NCBI GenBank assembly: GCA_031425695.1
Contig: JANPJV010000301.1
Coordinates: 5,862 to 69,861 of the forward strand
Length of the DNA: 64,000 nucleotides
DNA from: Rhodanobacteraceae bacterium
GTDB taxonomy: Bacteria; Pseudomonadota; Gammaproteobacteria; Xanthomonadales; SZUA-5
Direction: 5' to 3'
The position numbers were made by a program, and so were the translations under genes. Shown here in pieces: positions 56,767 to 64,000 of the stretch. The notes under the pieces are model-generated. The model was not told the DNA's origin and searched no databases. It saw only the letters and a list, made by a program, of their open reading frames with translations. Within the stretch, counting starts at the first letter, position 1. The number at the start of each line of letters is the position of its first letter.

Positions 56767-56798
56767 AGCTTGCACCCTGGACTCGGGTCCAGAGTCAA
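56767..56798 (-). promoter_or_regulatory. MerR-type promoter/operator upstream of cueR-copA-copG
   Basis: The minus strand reads 'TTGACTCTGGACCCGAGTCCAGGGTGCAAGCT': a -35 TTGACT, a 19-20 nt spacer containing dyad ACTCTGGAC-N4-GTCCAGGGT, then a weak -10. Confidence 0.6.
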
Positions 56799-56871
56799 GT
56801 GTTTTCCGGACGCCGGCCAAGCGTGGCAAGCAGGCGACCCAAGTTGTCAGCGAGTGCCGGCGATTCAGACC

Positions 56872-58308
56872 TCAACCGTGCTTCATCTTGGAATGGTCGA
56901 CCGGCCTGGCTTCGAGGGTAGGCGCCGGGCCGGGTGGTGGGCCACGCCGTACCGGCGATCCGAAATCGGCATCGGTGCTCACGCGGTGCGCGACTTCGGA
57001 TTTGGGACTCGGGTACCAGCCGGGATCGCGGTAATCGCCACGAGCCAGATCGTCGCGCACCTTGATCACGGTGAACATGCCGCCCATCTCCAGATTCCCG
57101 TAAGGACCCTTGCCCATCATCATCGGCAAGGTGTTCTCTGGCCCGGTCATGTGGCCGGAATCGGTGTGGTCCTGGTGCTCGGCCATTCCGCCTTTGCCCA
57201 TCGCCATGTACCCCGGCAGGATGGCGCGGATCTTCTCCTCGACTCCGGACTGGTCCACGCCCATGGTGTTCGGAACCTCGTGGCCCATGGCGTTCATGGT
57301 GTGGTGCGACATGTGGCAGTGGAACGCCCAGTCGCCCGGGACGGCGATGAATTCCAGGTCGCGGGTCTGGCCGACGCCGACGATTTCGGTGACTTCCGGC
57401 CGCTGCAGACTCTTCGGCCAGCGTCCGCCATCCGATCCGGTAACGATGAATTGCACGCCGTGCATGTGGATCGGATGGTTCCACATCGACAGGTTGCCGA
57501 CGCGCACACGCACGCGTTCACCCGTGCGCGCGACCATCGGCTCGATCGCCGGGAAGACCTTGCTATTGAAGGTCCACAAGTCGAAGTCCTGCATCACTGA
57601 CGGATCTGGCCGGTAGGTTCCAGGATGCAGTGCCCAGTTGTGCAGCAGGACGACGTAGTCGCGATCGATTCGTTGGGGCTCGCCATCCTTGGGATGGATG
57701 ATGAACATGCCCATCAGCCCGACGGCCATCTGCACCATTTCGTCGGCGTGCGGGTGGTACATGTGCGTCCCGTGCTGGCGCAGCGTGTACTCGTAGACGA
57801 AGGTCTCGCCGGGTTGGATCGTGGGTTGCGACAAGCCGCCGACGCCGTCCATGCCGCTCGGCAGCAGGATCCCGTGCCAATGCATGCTGGTGTGCTCGGG
57901 CAGGCGGTTGGTGAGATAGATCCGGATGCGGTCACCTTCGACTGCCTCGATCGTCGGCCCTGGCGTCGTGCCGTTGTACCCCCAGCATTTGGCCCGGCTG
58001 CCCGGCGCAAACTCGTGTTCGATCTCCTCGGCAACGAGATGGAATTCCTTGACGCCGTCGACCGTCCGCCACGGCAGCGTCCAGCCGTTGAGAGTGCGTA
58101 CAGGCGTGTAGCGGGAATCGCGGGGCACGGCGGGCGGTGGACTGGCGACCGCATCAGACGGCGTCTGCACTGTGCTCGCTGCAGGACTGCTGTCGGGCAT
58201 CTTGTGCCCGCTGTGGTCCTGGCCGAACGCCCGCTGCGCAAAGAGCGAGAGGGGCGCCAGCGCACCCAGGCCAGCCCAGCCGAACCAATGACGTCGGGAA
58301 AGCTTCAT
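56872..58308 (-). CDS. Multicopper oxidase (Tat-exported)
   Basis: 'SRRHWFGWAG' twin-Arg signal. Cu-site motifs 'HWHG', 'HPIHMHG' and 'HCHMSHH'. Confidence 0.85.
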   Translation of the reverse strand: MKLSRRHWFGWAGLGALAPLSLFAQRAFGQDHSGHKMPDSSPAASTVQTPSDAVASPPPAVPRDSRYTPVRTLNGWTLPWRTVDGVKEFHLVAEEIEHEFAPGSRAKCWGYNGTTPGPTIEAVEGDRIRIYLTNRLPEHTSMHWHGILLPSGMDGVGGLSQPTIQPGETFVYEYTLRQHGTHMYHPHADEMVQMAVGLMGMFIIHPKDGEPQRIDRDYVVLLHNWALHPGTYRPDPSVMQDFDLWTFNSKVFPAIEPMVARTGERVRVRVGNLSMWNHPIHMHGVQFIVTGSDGGRWPKSLQRPEVTEIVGVGQTRDLEFIAVPGDWAFHCHMSHHTMNAMGHEVPNTMGVDQSGVEEKIRAILPGYMAMGKGGMAEHQDHTDSGHMTGPENTLPMMMGKGPYGNLEMGGMFTVIKVRDDLARGDYRDPGWYPSPKSEVAHRVSTDADFGSPVRRGPPPGPAPTLEARPVDHSKMKHG

Positions 58309-60098
58309 GGCGAATCTCCGTGATGATGTGACTCGGGTTCCGGCGTCTCCGGCTCTTCTTCTGCTTCACGTAGGACGGAACTTGCTCCGCTGCCTTGCTT
58401 TGGCGTAGCTGTCTCCGAGTGGTCCATCTTCGAGTGGTCCATCTCCGAGCGATCCATCTTCGAGTGATCCATCGTCGAGTGATCCATCTTCGAGTGATCC
58501 ATCGTCGAGTGATCCATCTTCGAATGGTCCATCTTCGAGTGATCCATCTTCGAGTGGTCCATCTCCGAGCGATCCATCTTCGAGTGGTCCATCTCCGAGC
58601 GATCCATCTCCGAGCGATCCATCTTCGAGTGGTCCATCTCCGAGCCATCCATCTTCGAGTGATCCATCTTCGAATGGTCCATCTTCGAGTGATCCATCGC
58701 GGGCGCAGAGGTGTCAGGCAACACCGCATCCACGCCGATGGTTGCCGCGGGCAACGCTGCGTCATCAGGCAGTGCTCCGCCTACGGCGCGGCGCAGTTTG
58801 GCTCGGGCGGTCCAATAGTCACGTACCGATTCGAGGTATTCCTGATAGGCGTCGTACTGCTCCTGCTTGGCCCGGATCAGCTCGAACACGCCGATGAGCA
58901 TGAAGTTCACTTCTTCCTGTGAGCGCGCAACGATTGCTTCGCGGCGAGGCAGCAGCAGCGTTCGATAGCGTTCGGAAATGTCGCGCGCGGTGGCCATCCG
59001 CTCCAACCCGATGCGTGCTTCGTTGCTCACCGTCAGGACCAGCGCGTCCAGGCGCGCACGCGCCCCGTCGAGCTCTGCACGGCCACGCGCGATTGCCGCC
59101 TGCCCTTGATTGAAGATTGGCAATTCGAGTGACAACGTGGGCCCACGCAGCACCTCGCCGTCGAGCTCGCGCTCGCGCTCGTATTCAAGCTCGACCGAAC
59201 CCAGCCACCGCCACCGCCGCGAGATGCCCAGTGTGGACTCCCGCAGGCTAAGCTCCTGCCGCGCTGCCGCCAGATCCAGGCGTTGCTCGAGTGCAATCGC
59301 CACCAGTCCCTCTGACGACGCGCGACTTGCGGGAGGGGCTGGCAGCCGGCCCTCAAGATTCCATTCGCCATCGCTCGGTAGACCGATCAGCGCGGCCAAG
59401 TCGGATCTCGCTTGCCGCGCCTCGGCGCCGGCGCGTACTGCAGCAATCCGCGCCTGGGCTGCTGCAGCGAGCTCTTGCTCCAGCTGCAGCCGGCTGATGT
59501 TGCCGGCGTCAAAAAAGCGCTGTGCCAGCTCGGCCGATGCCTCGGCCGAAGCCGCCACGAGATCACGCATTGCCGCAATCTGGTTCGCGCTGGCGGCCTC
59601 GAACCAGGCCACTTCGGTCTCGACTGCCAGTTCCACCAGCGCCGCCGCGACCTCCTGCTGCAGGCGGACCAACTCGCCTGTCGCAAAGCGCTGGCGCGAC
59701 GGCAGCAACAGCAGTTCGCTGAGGCCGATGGAAAGACTTTGCGTGATCATCGCTCCGCCACCTGCTTCGGGACGCAAGCGCGTGTAGCCGAAGGTCGGGT
59801 TGGATACGCGGCGCGCCTCTTCTAGCTCGGCGCGACCGAGGCCAAGGCGGGCAAACTCAGCGCGCACCCGCGGATTGTTCTGGAAGGCCAGCGCTACCGC
59901 CGCCCCGCTCGAGATCGGCGCTGCGGGCATTTCGGGAGCTTGCGGACGCTCCTCCGACCAACTGGGCGCGGCACCGAGCCGGGAGCGGACGAGCTCCCCA
60001 GTTTCCTGGTAACCGCGTTGCGATGGAAGGCTCGTGCAGCCGCTCAAAGCGGCAATGGCCAACACCAGCACCGAGGCTGGTTGACGACGTAACATCAT
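58305..60098 (-). CDS. TolC-family outer-membrane lipoprotein with a C-terminal 19x MDHS[K/E/T] repeat
   Basis: Lipobox 'LSGC'. TolC repeats. C-terminal pentapeptide array. ATGA overlap with the oxidase gene. Confidence 0.8.
   Translation of the reverse strand: MMLRRQPASVLVLAIAALSGCTSLPSQRGYQETGELVRSRLGAAPSWSEERPQAPEMPAAPISSGAAVALAFQNNPRVRAEFARLGLGRAELEEARRVSNPTFGYTRLRPEAGGGAMITQSLSIGLSELLLLPSRQRFATGELVRLQQEVAAALVELAVETEVAWFEAASANQIAAMRDLVAASAEASAELAQRFFDAGNISRLQLEQELAAAAQARIAAVRAGAEARQARSDLAALIGLPSDGEWNLEGRLPAPPASRASSEGLVAIALEQRLDLAAARQELSLRESTLGISRRWRWLGSVELEYERERELDGEVLRGPTLSLELPIFNQGQAAIARGRAELDGARARLDALVLTVSNEARIGLERMATARDISERYRTLLLPRREAIVARSQEEVNFMLIGVFELIRAKQEQYDAYQEYLESVRDYWTARAKLRRAVGGALPDDAALPAATIGVDAVLPDTSAPAMDHSKMDHSKMDHSKMDGSEMDHSKMDRSEMDRSEMDHSKMDRSEMDHSKMDHSKMDHSKMDHSTMDHSKMDHSTMDHSKMDRSEMDHSKMDHSETATPKQGSGASSVLREAEEEPETPEPESHHHGDSP
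58413..58697 (-). repeat. 15-bp coding tandem repeat, 19 units
   Basis: Units 'ATGGA(T/C)C(A/G)CTCG(A/G)A(G/A)' are read on the minus strand and encode MDHSK/MDRSE/MDHST/MDGSE. Confidence 0.9.
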
Positions 60099-60198
60099 GG
60101 ATCGAACTCCTCGGCCGACATCAACAGCAAGTGCGATGCGGCTCCAAGCGACAGGCGCACCGCTCTCACGGAGCAGCGCGAATGGGCGACGGGACGGT

Positions 60199-60582
60199 CT
60201 AGACCGAGGGTGGGCGGAACGGCGCCGTGCTGCGCGGGCTTACCGCGGCCGCGACCAGCGCCACGACTGGCGCGCTCGACGTGCCCTGCAGGGTGATCGA
60301 CATCACCAGCCCGAACGCGACCGATGGCAGAGCGCAGCCGCAGTTGCAGATCGCCTCACCGCAGCAATCGCCTGCCGGGACCGGCACCTCCTCATCAGCC
60401 AACGTGTTCGGCGTGGCGTGCCCGCCCTGATGACCCGAATGCTCCATGGCAGCGTGATCCAGGACCACGCTGGCGTGCTCACAGGGAGCGCGATCCATAC
60501 GGGCTGGATGCCCGTTCGCATTCGCAAAGCCGCTTGCGAGGAAAACGAGTGCCAGCAGCAAATTCAGGACCGAGCGGATCAT
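60199..60582 (-). CDS. copL: CopL-like Cys/His-rich metal-binding protein
   Basis: Signal peptide 'MIRSVLNLLLALVFLASGFA'. His-rich stretch. 'GDCCGEAICNCGCALP'. C-terminal 'FRPPSV'. The pattern matches Xanthomonas CopL as I recall it. Confidence 0.55.
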   Translation of the reverse strand: MIRSVLNLLLALVFLASGFANANGHPARMDRAPCEHASVVLDHAAMEHSGHQGGHATPNTLADEEVPVPAGDCCGEAICNCGCALPSVAFGLVMSITLQGTSSAPVVALVAAAVSPRSTAPFRPPSV

Positions 60583-60815
60583 GGCGGCGATTCTACCGGC
60601 TTGCGCTGCATCACGAGCGTAGACGCCGCGGACGCCGCCATGGCGCTGCTTCAAAAACCCTGGGGGCGGTTAGCTCTTGCTCACCCCCTTCAAAAGCTAC
60701 ACCGCGTCTCGACCCGCATGAACGTCCCCAGTGCCTCCCGGAACCTCCAACCCTGCTTTCCATAAGCTGCGGCTGGGTTCGCCGGACTTTCGCGAGTGAG
60801 ACGGGGGCAACGGCT

Positions 60816-62105
60816 TTACCGCCGCCGTTGCTTCGAGCGTCTGCGCGTCGGCGTCGGAGCGTCGTCTGCAAACGGATCGACTTCGTCCAAAAAACCCGCC
60901 GCCATGGCCGCGCGGAATTCCTCATCTTCAGCGCTCTCGAGTGCACCCATCGCTTCGGCAATCTCGTCGAGCATGCGTTTGCGCAACTCGGGTTGCTGCA
61001 GGGATTGCAATGTTTCTACCAGATAGCGCAGCGACTGCCGAGCGGCGCGCATTGAGTCGGTGAACAGCCGGTCGAAGGCCTGGGGCTCGCGCGGGGGCCG
61101 TCCACCGCCGCTATCTGCCTGTTGCTGCAGGCGCTCGATCTGCGCTTCGATCTCGGCATTGAGCGTGCGCAACTGCTGCCGCAGGACTTCGTTGTAATGC
61201 CGCAGCCGCTCCTCGGGTAATCGCGCGATGCTGGCTGCGTCGATTTGCTCGACCTCCATCTGCAGGCTCAGCAACGTCAACAGGTCGCCGCTCTGATACG
61301 CGCCATTGATGCGCATCATCAAACCAGTCTTGCGTTCGCGTTCGTCCGGGTCGCTTTCGCGATCGGGATGCAGGCTGCTCACGAGCTTGCGATAGATGTC
61401 GCGCACCGATTGACTGGCCGCCTGCGCCGCCTGCGCGCCCGCATCCGCTGCTGTTGGCTGATCTTTGCGGTCCCGCCGTGCGCGCTTGGCGCGCCGTGCG
61501 TCGCGCGCGCGCTCGCGTTCCGCGCGTTCCTCGGTCACGGTGGCATCGACCTGCCTCAAAAACTCCTCGGCGGTCTTCGCACCATGATCGAAGGCGACAT
61601 AGTCTTCGCCGAGCGAGTCCCGCACCATCTGCTCGGCCAGTTCCAGCTCGATCTTCGCGTCAATGTCGCGGCGCGCGGCCAATGTAAGGCTACTGTGGCG
61701 ATCATGGATGTCTTCGATCGCCCCGTCCGGCCCATGCGCGAGCACAGCGTCGATCAGCATGATCAGATAGGCCGCGAGCCCCGCTCGACGGCGTTTGGTG
61801 ATGGACACGCCGACCGGCGGCGGCGACAACAGGGCGTCGATCAGTACGATCAGCTCGCGCTTCGCCGCGAGCAGTGCTGCGTTCAACGGCACCATTTCAT
61901 CGCCGACACGCTCATGCAGTTGTTGGGCAAATTGCTCCCAACGCTGCAGGGCGGCGCGCGACTGCTCGACCTGCAAGGTCAATCGATTGAAGGCTTGCTG
62001 CGCAGGCGATAGCTGGTCTTTGCGTGCGTCGATGCGCAGGAGTTCGGATGCTGTGGCGGGAACGGGGTCGGACAGTGCGGATCTGACTGGGCGCTTCTTG
62101 GGCAT
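60816..62105 (-). CDS. J-domain (DnaJ-like) protein with flanking coiled-coil regions
   Basis: Central 'IYRKLVSSLHPDRESD...INGAYQSGDL' (HPD motif). Basic KR-rich linker and tail. Confidence 0.7.
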   Translation of the reverse strand: MPKKRPVRSALSDPVPATASELLRIDARKDQLSPAQQAFNRLTLQVEQSRAALQRWEQFAQQLHERVGDEMVPLNAALLAAKRELIVLIDALLSPPPVGVSITKRRRAGLAAYLIMLIDAVLAHGPDGAIEDIHDRHSSLTLAARRDIDAKIELELAEQMVRDSLGEDYVAFDHGAKTAEEFLRQVDATVTEERAERERARDARRAKRARRDRKDQPTAADAGAQAAQAASQSVRDIYRKLVSSLHPDRESDPDERERKTGLMMRINGAYQSGDLLTLLSLQMEVEQIDAASIARLPEERLRHYNEVLRQQLRTLNAEIEAQIERLQQQADSGGGRPPREPQAFDRLFTDSMRAARQSLRYLVETLQSLQQPELRKRMLDEIAEAMGALESAEDEEFRAAMAAGFLDEVDPFADDAPTPTRRRSKQRRR

Positions 62106-62153
62106 GCTGGTGGCAATCTGGATCAGCGAAAACGATGGGAAAAGCGAAAACTA

Positions 62154-63410
62154 TCAATGCTGGAGGCGGTTGGCGCTCGTCCCGCAGCGCTTCTCCAGCT
62201 CGTCCAACTGCGCCAACTCCGGCGGCTTGAGACCCGTGCCACGAGCTTGACGATTGGCAGCGCACGCCTCAGCCAGTTCGTTCGCTGCTGCGGCGCTGCG
62301 GGCGAGCAGGATCCAGCTGCCAATGTCCTTGCGCAGGACGAGATTCTCGCGGGCCAAGGTCAACGCTCGAGCCGATTGACCCATGTCGAGCAGGAACTCG
62401 GCCGCATGTTGCGCGTAGGCCGCGGGATGGCGCTCGAGCAACTGTTCATAGCCCGATTGCGCCTCTGCCCGCAGCGATCGCGCCAGTTCGCGATGTCCGT
62501 CCGCTGCTTCGACATCCGCCAGGGCGGCGATGAATTCGGGATTGGCAGTCTGGTCGATGACCGCGCGGTACAGCATCCGGGCACTGGCGTAATGGCCGAG
62601 CTCAAATTCGCATTCGGCCAAGTGCTCGGTCGCCAGGGCGTATTGCGGCAAGCGTTCGTGCGCCGCCTGGAAAAACGGCTTGGCCTGCGCAAACTGGCCG
62701 TGGCGGAGCAGGGCGATCCCTTGTTGGGTATGCAGCCATGCCAGCGGCATGGGATCCACATCCGCGTATAGATTTTGCGCCGCGCGATACCAGTGCGTCG
62801 CGCCGTCGAGGTCGCCCTGCAGCACCCGCAGATCCGCGCGATGTGCCAGCTCATAGAAATCGCCGACCGGCTCGCGCGAGCGAGCGAAGTCGTCGCTGAG
62901 CGCAGCGTATTCGCCGCGCGCTACCTTGAGGTCACGCTCGATGCGCGTCAGTGCGCCCGCATCGGCATTCAGCGTGCGTGCGCGCGCCAGGGCGCGTTCG
63001 GCATCGTCAAATTGATGGAAGGCGCTCAACGTCGATGCGTGGGCGAGCAGGGCGTCCGCATGGTCCGGCTCGATGGCCAGCGCGCGCTCCAGGTGCATCA
63101 AGGCGGCTTCCCCATCCTGGATGCGTCCGACGATGCGAAAGCGGTGGTTAAGGGCACCGGCGAGTGCGGCCCGGTGCGGCGCCGATTCCTGCGTCGCCAG
63201 CCGTTTCTGGTGAGCGTCGATACGGGCATCGAGATTGCCCATGAAAATTGCCGGGTCCGTGGTGCGGATGCGCGCGGTGGAAGCCGGGTAACTGAAATCG
63301 GTCATGGTCGCTACCGGCAGCATTGGGCGCTGCCGCGGTGCTGCCGCGCAGGCAGCGAGCAGCACAGCGGCGAGCGCACCGGCGAGGCTTCGGCCTTGCA
63401 AGAAAGTCAT
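62154..63410 (-). CDS. TPR-repeat lipoprotein
   Basis: 'MTFLQGRSLAGALAAVLLAAC' lipobox. The remainder is TPR-like helical repeats. Confidence 0.7.
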   Translation of the reverse strand: MTFLQGRSLAGALAAVLLAACAAAPRQRPMLPVATMTDFSYPASTARIRTTDPAIFMGNLDARIDAHQKRLATQESAPHRAALAGALNHRFRIVGRIQDGEAALMHLERALAIEPDHADALLAHASTLSAFHQFDDAERALARARTLNADAGALTRIERDLKVARGEYAALSDDFARSREPVGDFYELAHRADLRVLQGDLDGATHWYRAAQNLYADVDPMPLAWLHTQQGIALLRHGQFAQAKPFFQAAHERLPQYALATEHLAECEFELGHYASARMLYRAVIDQTANPEFIAALADVEAADGHRELARSLRAEAQSGYEQLLERHPAAYAQHAAEFLLDMGQSARALTLARENLVLRKDIGSWILLARSAAAANELAEACAANRQARGTGLKPPELAQLDELEKRCGTSANRLQH

Positions 63411-63524
63411 GTTTGGGGACCCACGGTTCGCGGCGTTGAACGCAAATGCGCCGGCATGCGCCGGCGCATTCTCCAAATTGAGACGACCCGCCTGGCCATC
63501 AAAGGCCGGGCGTTCGGCCATGCC

Positions 63525-64000
63525 TCAGAGGGGCGGACCCATGAACGGGAACGTGGTGAGGAAGGTGCTGTCGTTGGCGACATTGTCGGACACGCCCGGA
63601 CCTACGATGGCGCCAAGCGAGTCGTCCATCACGTCGCGGGACAGGGTGCGACCGCCGCACTGGTTGGCCACTCCGAGCTCGACGGCGAGATACGCACCAC
63701 ACGTGGGGATGGCCGTGTTGATGATCAGCCGATCGTCGACCAGCACGGACGCAAGCGTGGCCGCTGGCAGCACTGCATTGCCGGTAACGCCATCGAGCGT
63801 ATCCAGCGCGGCGAGGTTGCTCTGCATTTCGCTTTGGAACATCGAGGCCCATTGACTCGGATCGCCCGCACGGTTATAGGCGTCCTTGAGCGCAGTGCCC
63901 GTACCCGGCAGCACATTGATGGTGGCCGTGTTGATGGCCGGGCGGCCGTTGCGGTCAATCTGTCCGGCGCTCAAGAGCGAGCAGGGCAGGTCTTTGACCG
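63525..64000 (-). CDS. DUF4331-family protein, C-terminal part (5' end outside window)
   Basis: 'GGRTLSRDVMDDSLG...FPFMGPP' matches the DUF4331 C-terminus. The frame is open to the window edge. Confidence 0.6.
   Translation of the reverse strand, partial: VKDLPCSLLSAGQIDRNGRPAINTATINVLPGTGTALKDAYNRAGDPSQWASMFQSEMQSNLAALDTLDGVTGNAVLPAATLASVLVDDRLIINTAIPTCGAYLAVELGVANQCGGRTLSRDVMDDSLGAIVGPGVSDNVANDSTFLTTFPFMGPPL

Noticed and set aside
58154-58922. ORFs reading 'RRWIARRWTTRRW...' (minus strand) and 'HLRVIHLRVVHLRA...' (plus strand)
   Set aside because: These are alternative-frame or antisense translations of the 15-bp tandem repeat. The MDHSK frame is continuous with a bona fide TolC-family protein.

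Overview
High-GC (about two-thirds G+C by eye) proteobacterial chromosome segment. Gene content and the REP/RAYT style suggest a Xanthomonadales-like gammaproteobacterium; that is inference. I can support about 50 protein genes and found no rRNA, tRNA or CRISPR. Layout: (1) 1-7.4 kb has a histidine-kinase 3' end, a lipoprotein, gmk and a 1565-aa secreted multidomain protein ending in a gingipain-type (C25) peptidase domain. (2) 7.7-18.3 kb has an arginine-succinyltransferase-type cluster (YfcC transporter, two AstA paralogs, GlxA/AraC regulator, AstE-like enzyme) back to back with a TonB-dependent receptor and an exported cyanophycinase-family peptidase. (3) 19.2-21.9 kb has an ECF sigma/anti-sigma pair and a REP-associated tyrosine transposase (RAYT) flanked by opposed 41-bp REP arrays; three further REP-like hairpin families are scattered through the window. 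(4) 22-33.5 kb is housekeeping/accessory genes. It includes a compositionally distinct two-gene module: a Cys-rich secreted protein with sPLA2-like motifs plus a MerR(Hg)-like regulator, preceded by a near-canonical mer-type operator/promoter. I consider this the most interesting item in the window. (5) 33.6-60.7 kb is a large copper/heavy-metal region. It holds two complete cusCBA-type operons in opposite orientation, mntP flanked by decayed P-type ATPase remnants, a low-GC patch, copG(DUF411)-copA-cueR, and copL plus a TolC-family gene carrying 19 tandem MDHS[K/E/T] pentapeptides plus a multicopper oxidase. (6) 60.8-64 kb has a J-domain protein, a TPR lipoprotein and a DUF4331 gene truncated by the window edge. 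All family assignments rest on motif recognition by eye. No database search was run.
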